From the IMG/VR virus record IMGVR_UViG_3300024359_000004: a stretch of 64,000 nucleotides of DNA; one strand, given 5' to 3'. Position 1 is the first letter of the stretch. The number at the start of each line of letters is the position of its first letter. The position numbers and the translations under genes are program-made. The notes under the pieces were generated by a model. That model ran no database searches, was not told the DNA's origin, and was given only the letters and a program-made list of their open reading frames with translations. Shown here one piece after another: positions 29,223-37,494 of the stretch. This DNA is from an uncultured virus (IMG/VR IMGVR_UViG_3300024359_000004). Taxonomy: Duplodnaviria; Heunggongvirae; Uroviricota; Caudoviricetes.

Positions 29223-29447
29223 TTACTTTTTATTTAATTCATCTCTTACTTTTTTTCGGTAATTTTTTACCCATTCTTCAGCTAAACCTCTTATATCTTC
29301 AGGTAGTATTAAGATAAAACCACCCACCTCTTCATCATTAATCCCACCAACTATTTCACACAGGTATTTATCATATCCATTAGACAAAACCTTATCCAAA
29401 ATTCTTACAACTCTACCACCATCTAATTTAACATATTTATTCAACAT
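29223..29447 (-). CDS. hypothetical protein
   Basis: ORF track. Confidence 0.55.
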   Translation of the reverse strand: MLNKYVKLDGGRVVRILDKVLSNGYDKYLCEIVGGINDEEVGGFILILPEDIRGLAEEWVKNYRKKVRDELNKK

Positions 29448-29451
29448 ATTT

Positions 29452-29667
29452 TTATTTAATTCTTTTATTTATTAATTCATCACCACTCTCATCCAACTCA
29501 ATAGACTTTTGAACAATATGATTAAACCATTCTGTAAAATATTGTCTGGTATTACTATCACTTAGATTAGACACTAACATAGCATTTTTAAAATCATCGA
29601 GCCTACCTCTTTGTTCTTCCAATAATGTTTTATAATCTTTTTTACTCATCTTTATATTCTTTAACAC
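29452..29667 (-). CDS. hypothetical protein (likely start MSKKD at 29649)
   Basis: ORF track; AAGATGAGTAA junction. Confidence 0.55.
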   Translation of the reverse strand: MLKNIKMSKKDYKTLLEEQRGRLDDFKNAMLVSNLSDSNTRQYFTEWFNHIVQKSIELDESGDELINKRIK

Positions 29668-29824
29668 TAATAATATCCCAGTGGTTATCTATTGGTAATC
29701 TTGCTAGACTTTCAATACTAATATAGAAAGTATCTTCATAACCCTTTTGGTGATACGCTGGTACGTCTTTATTTAATCTTAATCTAAACTCTAATAATGT
29801 TTCTTTACTCATATTTTTTATATT

Positions 29825-30055
29825 TTAATATCCGTAATTCACTTTAATTGCCTTTGCCTGATGTTTTCCTTCCTCATCAAAATGTTCCATCACCTCAATA
29901 GCAATATCTGTATCCAATTGACATATTACTGCCGAAAAGTAACTTAACATAGATGATTTATCATCAGTTAATGTCATACCAAATTCAAACATAAATTCTT
30001 CTATCTCTGAAATAATAGTATTTACTTTTCCTTGTCTTTCTCTATCTAATTTCAT
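29825..30055 (-). CDS. hypothetical protein
   Basis: ORF track. Confidence 0.6.
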   Translation of the reverse strand: MKLDRERQGKVNTIISEIEEFMFEFGMTLTDDKSSMLSYFSAVICQLDTDIAIEVMEHFDEEGKHQAKAIKVNYGY

Positions 30056-30422
30056 CTTTATTTTGTTTTAAGTATTTTTCAACATACATTCCAGTTAATT
30101 CAGCCTCAATATCAATAGAAAAATCATATCCTTTTTGAAACTCAATAACTTCATCTTTTTTATCGTTAATAAAATCAACACAATCATTATATAAATGTGG
30201 TATATCATTAATTTTACCACCAGAATTTGTAATCCTATACATTATTGGGAATATGATAGTCTCAATAGTATATTGACCAAAATTCTTATCAATCAGTTTT
30301 AAACCAACTATGTAACTAATCATTTCTTCATATAGTGGTGCTAACACAAGTTTTTTTTCAACAGATAACTCACTCAATAACCCAAAAGTATTCCACTTAC
30401 TTACTAAATCTTCTTTACTCAT
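30042..30422 (-). CDS. cassette-type hypothetical protein (MSKE...QNKDEIR)
   Basis: ORF track; junction repeat at start. Confidence 0.65.
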   Translation of the reverse strand: MSKEDLVSKWNTFGLLSELSVEKKLVLAPLYEEMISYIVGLKLIDKNFGQYTIETIIFPIMYRITNSGGKINDIPHLYNDCVDFINDKKDEVIEFQKGYDFSIDIEAELTGMYVEKYLKQNKDEIR

Positions 30423-30434
30423 CTTTGTTTTGGT

Positions 30435-30713
30435 TTATATTTGGTATTTTTTTAAATCTTTAAACGCCTCAATATCAAAAAACTCAGATTCTATTTTACC
30501 CATAACATCTTTTAAGAATCTACCTTGAGTTTCGTAATCCATATTGGTTATGGCAGATTTAATAGACATAGATAATGATGCGGTTAATAAACCAACCAGT
30601 TCTAAATCAGACATTCTATTATCTTCTTGGAAGTATTTAAAGTTAAGGTATATCCTACCATCATCTTTAACATTACCTTCTAAAACTATTCTTTTTAATA
30701 CTTCTTTACTCAT
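30435..30713 (-). CDS. cassette-type hypothetical protein
   Basis: Starts MSKE within the repeat. Confidence 0.65.
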   Translation of the reverse strand: MSKEVLKRIVLEGNVKDDGRIYLNFKYFQEDNRMSDLELVGLLTASLSMSIKSAITNMDYETQGRFLKDVMGKIESEFFDIEAFKDLKKYQI

Positions 30714-30891
30714 CTTTGTTTTGGTTTAAAAATAAAAAGGTTTTATCATTATCAGTTAATTCACTTCTTAATCTAGGAATACCAGCTTTATCGTGTTGTT
30801 CTTCTGGTGTCCATTTATTCATTCTATAATCATAGTTCCTACTATGGAATATAATAGACCTTTCTCTTTCAGTTAATTCTTCTTTAGTCAT
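30706..30891 (-). CDS. cassette-type hypothetical protein (MTKEE...NQNKDE)
   Basis: Start moved to ATG at 30891, overlapping the upstream stop. Confidence 0.6.
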   Translation of the reverse strand: MTKEELTERERSIIFHSRNYDYRMNKWTPEEQHDKAGIPRLRSELTDNDKTFLFLNQNKDE

Positions 30892-31024
30892 CTTGTTTAA
30901 TTTTTTTAAGTAAACCATCAAAATGTTCATTAAACATATCTAAGTCAATAGTACCAAAATTTGGTTTTTTGTTATAAAGTTCTACCAATCTTTCAATTTC
31001 TACTATTATATCTTCTTTACTCAT
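30884..31024 (-). CDS. cassette-type small protein (46 aa, not in ORF track)
   Basis: Manual translation MSKEDIIVEIERLVELYNKK...IKQDD*. Confidence 0.55.
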   Translation of the reverse strand: MSKEDIIVEIERLVELYNKKPNFGTIDLDMFNEHFDGLLKKIKQDD

Positions 31025-31202
31025 CTTTGTTTTGGTTTAATAAATTAGCAACTCTATTATGGACTTTTAAATCTCCTTCTCTTGATAGGGTAGCAAAGAA
31101 TGTCTTATCAAGTTTTTCATCACTTGGTACTCTTCTAACCCATTGAGGCATCAACGTCCATAGATAGTCTTTATCTTCTTGTGTCATTTCTTCTTTACTC
31201 AT
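31017..31202 (-). CDS. cassette-type small protein (MSKEE...NQNKDE)
   Basis: ORF track; repeat at both ends. Confidence 0.65.
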   Translation of the reverse strand: MSKEEMTQEDKDYLWTLMPQWVRRVPSDEKLDKTFFATLSREGDLKVHNRVANLLNQNKDE

Positions 31203-31374
31203 CTTTGTTTTGGTTTATATAGTCATTGTAAATATCTTCCATTATCTCTCTTCTCCATTTCTTAAAGTCTTCTAATTCAGTTTTACCCTGTCTATCTCTT
31301 TCTTTTAAATCATACGCCCAACCACCCCACTTTGATGCAGAAATTAAAGCTTCTATAATAGTTTCTTTACTCAT
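31195..31374 (-). CDS. cassette-type small protein (59 aa, not in ORF track)
   Basis: Manual translation MSKETIIEALISASKWGGWAYDL...YINQNKDE*. Confidence 0.6.
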   Translation of the reverse strand: MSKETIIEALISASKWGGWAYDLKERDRQGKTELEDFKKWRREIMEDIYNDYINQNKDE

Positions 31375-31386
31375 CTTTGTTTTATT

Positions 31387-31788
31387 TTAAATCCAACCTT
31401 TTTTTCTAACCTGTTGTAAAATATTAGTTAAGTTTATAAATTTAGACTCACCTATTTCTTTTCTCAGATTTGTTACTTCAATATTTTCATTATCTTCTAA
31501 CACATCAATTAAGAAATCTTTATTATCCCAGTAATCACTATTGTTTTTATTAGTATGACCTTCTGGGTAATAGGTTACACTTTGAGTACCTTCCCATATT
31601 TCATCATCATCATCATCATTTAGTAAAACACTAAACTCAAAATAACCACAATCACTAACACAAGAGTAATAAAATGTTACTGAATTTTTATTTACTTTAG
31701 TCTCTTCTACTGGTACTAAATTGTACTCTACTCCTTCTAATATTATTGTCTTATTATTCATATTACTTATTAAAAATTGTGTTACCAA
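31387..31788 (-). CDS. hypothetical protein
   Basis: ORF track. Confidence 0.6.
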   Translation of the reverse strand: MVTQFLISNMNNKTIILEGVEYNLVPVEETKVNKNSVTFYYSCVSDCGYFEFSVLLNDDDDDEIWEGTQSVTYYPEGHTNKNNSDYWDNKDFLIDVLEDNENIEVTNLRKEIGESKFINLTNILQQVRKKGWI

Positions 31789-32314
31789 ATCTTAAAACTT
31801 TTTCATAAAACTCCTCATATGTCCCATTGTTTTCAATGATGATATCAGCACAACTCTTATCTATATTAAATGATGTTGCTGGTTCTTCTGGTAATCTATC
31901 AGACGCATCAACCCATACAATTAAATCGAATAACTCTTGTTTGATACATTCTTTGATTTCATCTCTGTCTCTCATACCAACATAACACCCAGTCCTTTCT
32001 AATATACCCTTAGCTAACCTAGCTTTATCATCTTTGTTGTATTCACATATGGCTTCATACCACTCTTGTCTATGATTCATCCTATCCTCATAACATTCTT
32101 CGGGTGTGTTGTACCCATATTTATCTTTTAATAAATCATATAGGAATATATCTGCTGCGGATTGTGATGATGATTCGAATGTCATCCCAAAGTCATCTCT
32201 AAGGATTTCAGCCATGCTGTCCTTACCATGTCTTGCTGAACCAATAATACATAGTTTTAGTTGGTTATTTTTCAATTCGCTTTGGGTTGTTTTTGTTGTC
32301 TCTTCTGCTACCAT
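31763..32314 (-). CDS. P-loop deoxynucleotide monophosphate kinase-like protein
   Basis: IIGSARHGKD Walker A; GMR...E; ADIIIENNGT. Confidence 0.75.
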   Translation of the reverse strand: MVAEETTKTTQSELKNNQLKLCIIGSARHGKDSMAEILRDDFGMTFESSSQSAADIFLYDLLKDKYGYNTPEECYEDRMNHRQEWYEAICEYNKDDKARLAKGILERTGCYVGMRDRDEIKECIKQELFDLIVWVDASDRLPEEPATSFNIDKSCADIIIENNGTYEEFYEKVLRFGNTIFNK

Positions 32315-32423
32315 ATTTTATTTTAAAACAAATATAATTAATTAACCCTTATAATGCAACTAATAACAAAAAAAAATCCCCACCATTCGGCAAGGATTTC
32401 TTTATAATAACAACGATTAAAAA

Positions 32424-32658
32424 TCAGAACCGAATATTAAAACTTTACGGTTCTTAAAACACTATGAAAAAAATGTAGAATCAGATACAAGAATCAACTA
32501 AACTTGACTCCGAAACTATATTATTTACTTTTTTATCAGAAAGGCATAAACTAAAACCTACATATTAAAACAATTTGCTGAAACCTTTCTTTAAACGTCA
32601 GATTAGTATTAATTAAACTAAATTTTAATAGAGCTATAAATTGCTGTAACTAATCTTT
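32424..32658 (-). ncRNA. tandem structured RNA motifs (candidate Y-RNA-like)
   Basis: Units 32598-32658, 32536-32592 and short 32424-32455, each closed by an AAGA-stem...stem-TCTGA helix; TATATTTG box at 32683; no ORF. Confidence 0.6.
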
Positions 32659-32682
32659 ATAATTTTCTCAAATATTATACAA

Positions 32683-32690
32683 CAAATATA
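32683..32690 (-). promoter_or_regulatory. Bacteroidota sigma-A -7 box TATATTTG (representative copy)
   Basis: Same box upstream of genes at about 1560, 3000, 7831, 12603, 13686, 19172, 20641, 32328, 35059, 37487, 42245, 42803, 57085, 59356, 63024. Confidence 0.75.
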
Positions 32691-32709
32691 ATATGAAAAA
32701 ACAAATAAG

Positions 32710-32964
32710 TCAACTATTATTCCTTATTTTTTTAATAATTTCAATTATTGGGTTTATAACCCAAGCAAATAAAATGTAAGTGACTGCTATTAGGCTTAAT
32801 AAAGCAGTTGAAGCAAGCATACTATAATAAGCGATATCCGAATACGATGATAGTATCGCAGAAACTACCATTATACTACCCAATACTATGATTTGGGTTA
32901 ATGTATTTTTTATTAATAACTCAACTAATCTTTTTAGTTTTAACTTCTTAAATAAATTTTTCAT
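32710..32964 (-). CDS. small membrane protein
   Basis: Two TM helices. Confidence 0.55.
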   Translation of the reverse strand: MKNLFKKLKLKRLVELLIKNTLTQIIVLGSIMVVSAILSSYSDIAYYSMLASTALLSLIAVTYILFAWVINPIIEIIKKIRNNS

Positions 32965-32967
32965 AAC

Positions 32968-33207
32968 TTAACTTTTAATTATTTCTTTATCATCTTTTAA
33001 ACCATAGTCATCAGTATATTCTTCAATAACCACGGTAATATTTTGTTTATCATTTATATTGTGTATAACATTAACAACTCTATAGTATTTTTCAATATCA
33101 CTCAAATACATTAATTCATGAATCCTAGGTATCACCTTTAATTTAAAATTTGTCTTTAAGGTGTTCCATTGTTCATCAATAATATTGACTCTAATTCTAT
33201 TAAACAT
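32968..33207 (-). CDS. hypothetical protein
   Basis: ORF track. Confidence 0.55.
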   Translation of the reverse strand: MFNRIRVNIIDEQWNTLKTNFKLKVIPRIHELMYLSDIEKYYRVVNVIHNINDKQNITVVIEEYTDDYGLKDDKEIIKS

Positions 33208-33312
33208 ACTTAAAAATAACGATTTATATTATAAAAATAAAGTGTATCTATTTATTTTTTTTTTATAAACCATATATTTATCTATATAACAGTACTTTAA
33301 AATTTATATGAT

Positions 33313-33402
33313 ATGGCTTGCGGATGTAAAAAAAATAAGGGTAATAAACCAAAACCAACAAATAGTAATAACACTAATAATTCTAGTAAAAATAATAAGT
33401 AA
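33313..33402 (+). CDS. 29-aa MACGCKK peptide (not in ORF track)
   Basis: Manual translation; TATTTAT at 33275-33281 upstream and GAGGGG/CCCCTC hairpin downstream. Confidence 0.6.
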   Translation: MACGCKKNKGNKPKPTNSNNTNNSSKNNK

Positions 33403-33432
33403 ATATGAGGGGCTACAACCCCTCGCATTTTT

Positions 33433-33672
33433 TTATTTAGTATTCCCGCCTTTACCGAAAGTTTTCACTATTGAGGCACCAAGCATGGTTCCAGAAAATA
33501 TGAGTATTGAGTCGAACATAGTTTCACTAATATCATAGAAATGAAAACCATCAACAATAAAAGCACTAAAACCAAGTAGTGCTGCAATAATACCCATAGT
33601 TTTTTTTGATGAGTATTTATCATCTGTTTTATCTTCAGTGAAGATATCTTTAATAAATTTTTTCATAGTCAA
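33433..33672 (-). CDS. putative holin-like two-TM protein
   Basis: YSSKK..G motif, two TM helices, TATTTAT upstream. Confidence 0.55.
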   Translation of the reverse strand: MTMKKFIKDIFTEDKTDDKYSSKKTMGIIAALLGFSAFIVDGFHFYDISETMFDSILIFSGTMLGASIVKTFGKGGNTK

Positions 33673-33750
33673 AGTTTAATGATAAATATTAACACAAATA
33701 AAAAAAGCCCACAAAATGTGAGCTTAATTTGTTAATTTCTGTTTAGATTT

Positions 33751-34200
33751 TTAGTCTTCGATAGATACTACCTCTAAATCAAAAACTAAATCTTTACCAG
33801 CTAATGGGTGGTTAGCATTTAATACCACTGTATTTTCTTTAACTTCCTTAACAGTAACAACCATTGTTCCTTCAGGTCCGTTAGCTTGTAGTATTTCACC
33901 TTCTGTAACTGTTGGTGGTACTTGAGACTTTTCTACTTCTTGGAATCTATCATCTAAGATTTCACCATAGGCATCTTTAGCTCCAATAGTTACTGTTTTA
34001 GTGTCACCCTCTTTCATGCCTTGTAAAGCGGATTCAAAACCAGGGATTAATAATTGTTTTCCTAATTCAACCTCTATTGGGTCTTTATCTGTAAACTTAT
34101 CATCACCCTCAACCGCTTTTGATGAGTCAAAAACAACGCCATCCGTGAATTTACCTGTGTAATGAACTTTTACTTTACTCTTTTCTGTAATAACTGACAT
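33751..34200 (-). CDS. slyD: FKBP-type peptidyl-prolyl isomerase (SlyD/SlpA-like)
   Basis: VKVHYTG...DG.VFDSS, LIPGFE.AL.GM, AYG, ANHPLAGKDL.F. Confidence 0.9.
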   Translation of the reverse strand: MSVITEKSKVKVHYTGKFTDGVVFDSSKAVEGDDKFTDKDPIEVELGKQLLIPGFESALQGMKEGDTKTVTIGAKDAYGEILDDRFQEVEKSQVPPTVTEGEILQANGPEGTMVVTVKEVKENTVVLNANHPLAGKDLVFDLEVVSIED

Positions 34201-34387
34201 AATAAATCTTTTTTTAATTTTTTTTTATTTATTCTTAAATATACTTAATATATTTTTTTAGTAAACCCCTAAACAACAAAAAACCCACAAAAAGTGGGTT
34301 TTTATTAAAGTTTCCAATTTAGCGAAAATAAATTAGAACCCTTTCAGGGATTTTGTTTGTACTCAAAAAGTACAAAAAAGTTAATTG

Positions 34388-34461
34388 CGGTTCGGACGGG
34401 ATTCGAACCCGCGACCCCATGCGTGACAGGCATGTATTCTAACCAGCTGAACTACCGAACC
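34388..34461 (-). tRNA. tRNA-Asp(GUC)
   Basis: GGTTCGG...CATGC-CTGTCAC-GCATG...GGTTCGAATCC...CCGAACCG. Confidence 0.95.
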
Positions 34462-34489
34462 AATCTTTTAAAAGTACAGAGTTTTTTTG

Positions 34490-34562
34490 TTGTCCCTGGA
34501 GGGCTCGAACCTCCACTCTTCTGAACCAAAATCAGACGTGTTGCCAGTTACACCAAGGGACA
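34490..34562 (-). tRNA. tRNA-Gln(UUG)
   Basis: TGTCCCT...TCTGA-TTTTGGT-TCAGA...GGTTCGAGCC...AGGGACAA. Confidence 0.93.
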
Positions 34563-34575
34563 AAAAACGACCTAG

Positions 34576-34647
34576 CAGCCCATAACAGAATCGAACTGTT
34601 GTTTCTAGGATGAAAACCTAGCGTCCTAACCACTAGACGAATGGGCC
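34576..34647 (-). tRNA. tRNA-Glu(UUC)
   Basis: GGCCCAT...CTAGG-TTTTCAT-CCTAG...AACAG-TTCGATT-CTGTT-ATGGGCTG. Confidence 0.92.
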
Positions 34648-34649
34648 AA

Positions 34650-35023
34650 TGGTGGAGCAATAGAGAGTCGAACTCTAGTCTTACTTACTCATAAAGAGCT
34701 TTCTACATGCTTATCTGGTTTCTAATCCCAGCAAAGTTTAACAGTTCCCTTATTTTAGTAGTTTGTTTTACTGATAACTAATCTTCTACCCTTATTTTAG
34801 CACCTTTGGTTGGTCGTTCCTGTGGGTTTCCCCAGTGCATTACTCTATTAGGCGAATGCTACCTCTCCAGCAACTACTTCTACAGAAGCAGTGTCAAGGA
34901 AGTTTTCATCGATGTCAAATTCGTTTCCATCTAAAAAAAAATGATAGGTAATTAAAGTGTTTCCAATCTAACACTGCATGCTTACTAATCACGACTATAA
35001 GTAATCAATAGCCATTTTGCCCC
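34650..35023 (-). ncRNA. ssrA: tmRNA
   Basis: GGGGCAA/TTGCTCCACCA acceptor with G3:U, T-arm TAGAG-TTCGACT-CTCTA, 374 nt, internal tag frame 34928-34851 ending AFA**. Confidence 0.9.
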
Positions 35024-35133
35024 GTATGTTAAAGAACGTGTCTTTTGTTAAATATGTTCAAATATAGTAAACTAAAACAATAAAGTCAAGTAGTTTATAA
35101 AAAAAATGAGGAAATCTTTCGAAATCCTCATTT

Positions 35134-35632
35134 TAAAATCGGGTTGTTATTTTATTAATTATTAGTCGGTGAGTATAGTATCACCTAATTTTTTCTTAAC
35201 TTCATTGAATTCTAACTCTTTTTTTAAATGGTTAATACCATTAACAAACTTAGAATCTAATTTGTCAAGTCTTGAATCGATTAGTCTCCTAATTTCTTCA
35301 CTTTCGTTATTTGTTTGTTGATAGATTTCTTTAAATTGGTTTTCTAACCTTCTGTCAACACTGTTAAATCTATCGTTTAATTCTCTATGTATTGATTCAG
35401 ATTCGTTATCTAACCTAACTTGTAAAGCGTAGGTCTTTTGTTCAATCTCATTATAAATAGTTTTTACTTCATCTTCGAAACTATTAACATCAACCTTATT
35501 TCTCAACTTAAAAGCCATAACCACAATTGCTGTAAGCATTGCAACTACACCTAGTGTTGCTAAGACTGTTACTAAAATTACTATTTCCATATTTGTCTCC
35601 TTTTTTATTTTATTAGTAACAACCCGATTTTA
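35134..35632. repeat. 16-bp perfect inverted repeat flanking one ORF
   Basis: taaaatcgggttgtta (35134-35149) / taacaacccgatttta (35617-35632). Confidence 0.85.
35162..35590 (-). CDS. membrane-anchored coiled-coil protein
   Basis: N-terminal TM helix, heptad-rich remainder. Confidence 0.65.
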   Translation of the reverse strand: MEIVILVTVLATLGVVAMLTAIVVMAFKLRNKVDVNSFEDEVKTIYNEIEQKTYALQVRLDNESESIHRELNDRFNSVDRRLENQFKEIYQQTNNESEEIRRLIDSRLDKLDSKFVNGINHLKKELEFNEVKKKLGDTILTD

Positions 35633-35634
35633 CT

Positions 35635-36333
35635 TTATTTATTTTCTACAATACCATCAATAATACCATAATCTAAAGCTTCTTCAGATGTAAGCCAATT
35701 ATCTCTATTACAATCAGCTAATACTTTCTTTTTAGTCTTACCACAGAAATCAGCTAACATACCAAATAACTTGTCGTTGTACTTTTCTGCTTCAGCAATA
35801 CTAATCTTCATGTCTTCAACGTGACCTTGAGCCCCAGCACTTACTTGGTGTAACATTACTTTTGAGTTTGGTAAAGAGAATCTTTTACCCTTAGTACCGT
35901 TACCTAATAGGATTGAACCCATAGATGCTGCCATACCAGTATTAATTGTTGAAATATCTGACTTAACGTAGTTCATAACATCAACCATACTTAAACCAGA
36001 CTTAACTGAGCCACCTGGTGAGTCAACGTGCATTATAATATCTCTTTCTTCTAGATTGTCTAGAAACATTAACTGAGCCTGTAATACAGTACTCATTTGG
36101 TCATTAACTGGACCAGCAACCCAAAGTATTCTATCCATCATTAATCTAGAGAAGATATCCATCTGAGTTACTCTCATTTCTCTCTCCTCAAGAATATATG
36201 GTGTAAGACTACCTGAAATACTCACATTAGAGTAAAGTGTGTTTTGTAATTGCTCCCAGTAGTGAAACTGTATTCCACTAACCCCCATATGCTTTGTAGC
36301 ATAATCTTTAAATTCACTATAAAAATCTAACAT
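35635..36333 (-). CDS. clpP: ATP-dependent Clp protease proteolytic subunit
   Basis: MDIFSRLMMDRI, SPGGSV, GMAASMGS, MLHQ, RDNWL..EEA..YG.ID. Confidence 0.95.
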   Translation of the reverse strand: MLDFYSEFKDYATKHMGVSGIQFHYWEQLQNTLYSNVSISGSLTPYILEEREMRVTQMDIFSRLMMDRILWVAGPVNDQMSTVLQAQLMFLDNLEERDIIMHVDSPGGSVKSGLSMVDVMNYVKSDISTINTGMAASMGSILLGNGTKGKRFSLPNSKVMLHQVSAGAQGHVEDMKISIAEAEKYNDKLFGMLADFCGKTKKKVLADCNRDNWLTSEEALDYGIIDGIVENK

Positions 36334-36336
36334 ATC

Positions 36337-36558
36337 TTAATCTTTAAATAAAGTTTCTTTATACTTTTCTAGAGTCTCTAACTTATCGTCAGCATCAACT
36401 AACTTCTGTAGAGCCTCTTCAGCGTTTTGATAAAAGTCGCCAGTTGAATGGTCGCCAATACCAGCTGGGTGTTCACTTAATAATTTAAGTGTTGTTAGGG
36501 CTTCTTCCCTTTCAGAAATAGCCTTACTACTTAATAATTTGTATAATTGTTCTTTCAT
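36337..36558 (-). CDS. conserved phage small protein
   Basis: PAGIGDHS motif. Confidence 0.65.
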   Translation of the reverse strand: MKEQLYKLLSSKAISEREEALTTLKLLSEHPAGIGDHSTGDFYQNAEEALQKLVDADDKLETLEKYKETLFKD

Positions 36559-36560
36559 AA

Positions 36561-36815
36561 CTAATCTTCATTTTTATAAATAAAAACAGGTGTATATTCA
36601 CCTACCCAAGCACCAATAATATTGTAAGAGAAAAACTCATAAGCTTCCTCATAAGTCATTTCATCTCTTTCCATTAGTATTTCTATTATTTTTTCAACAC
36701 TATATGCAGCTACTGGTCCTAGATTTATTCTTTCAGCGACACCTATGATGGCTTCATCTAAGCCATCACAAAATAGTGCCTCTTCATTATATTCTGCTAC
36801 GTCTTCTCTAGTCAT
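36561..36815 (-). CDS. conserved phage small protein
   Basis: DGLDEAIIG...EEAYEFF.YN..GAWVGE.TP.F motif. Confidence 0.7.
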   Translation of the reverse strand: MTREDVAEYNEEALFCDGLDEAIIGVAERINLGPVAAYSVEKIIEILMERDEMTYEEAYEFFSYNIIGAWVGEYTPVFIYKNED

Positions 36816-37234
36816 TACACTTCAGCAGTTTCTTTTTCAACATTATAAAGTGTCTTGATAGACTCTTCAACGATTTCGTATCTTTCGTAACCATACTTTC
36901 TCAACAACCCAGAGAATGTTGATACATCACCAGTCTTAATTTCCAACTTATCCTTTTCTGGGTCAAAAACAATTCCAGCAACAGCTTCTTCAGCAACAAC
37001 AATTTTTTGCCATGTCTCAAGCTGTTCAAAAATCAACTCATTAATGAAGATGTAAACATCATTATTAGTTTCGAACTTAAGAAGGTTTGATGCTTTATGT
37101 GGTTTAGCAACCTTTTTCTTTTGTTTGTTATCAACTAATAATTTGATAGAGACGTATCTATCCAAATCTGAGTTTCTGATTACTTCCTCAAAAATCTCTT
37201 GTGTGTCCTTAAACGGTTCTTCGTACTTTGCCAT
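36815..37234 (-). CDS. hypothetical protein (degenerate phage metallopeptidase-like fold)
   Basis: ORF track; DV..F...LRKYG motif without HExxH. Confidence 0.5.
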   Translation of the reverse strand: MAKYEEPFKDTQEIFEEVIRNSDLDRYVSIKLLVDNKQKKKVAKPHKASNLLKFETNNDVYIFINELIFEQLETWQKIVVAEEAVAGIVFDPEKDKLEIKTGDVSTFSGLLRKYGYERYEIVEESIKTLYNVEKETAEV

Positions 37235-37245
37235 AAATTTAATTT

Positions 37246-37470
37246 TTATTTGTTATTAATATTTTTAAAAAACAATAGGATTAATGAAATTAAAGTAGCC
37301 ACAACACCAAGACCAATTAAGAATGATATTGGTATCCATAATGGGGCTGTTACCCAAAACCAAGACCATTCAGTAACTTGACCAATCTCACCTAGTTTCA
37401 TGACCAATAAAATCAAGAACACGATAGTTCCTAATCCGATGCTACTACTACTCACCTTTTCTTTACTCAT
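37246..37470 (-). CDS. small membrane protein
   Basis: LKL.....WSWFWV.APLW motif. Confidence 0.7.
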   Translation of the reverse strand: MSKEKVSSSSIGLGTIVFLILLVMKLGEIGQVTEWSWFWVTAPLWIPISFLIGLGVVATLISLILLFFKNINNK

Positions 37471-37494
37471 ATCGTTTAATTTTTAGCAAATATA

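Larger units (their letters stand above)
30411..31383 (-). repeat. dispersed 26-bp junction repeat AAACCAAAACAAAGATGAGTAAAGAA
   Basis: Copies at 30411-30436, 30702-30727, 31013-31038, 31191-31216, partial 31363-31383; related copies at 30-50, 241-258, 372-387. Confidence 0.9.

Noticed and set aside
30411..31383. CRISPR array
   Set aside because: Intervals are 172-311 bp, uneven and protein-coding; the repeat is not palindromic; no cas genes in the window
33308..33538. 76-aa plus-strand ORF from the track
   Set aside because: It crosses a terminator hairpin and overlaps a minus-strand gene; the MACGCK frame fits the signals better
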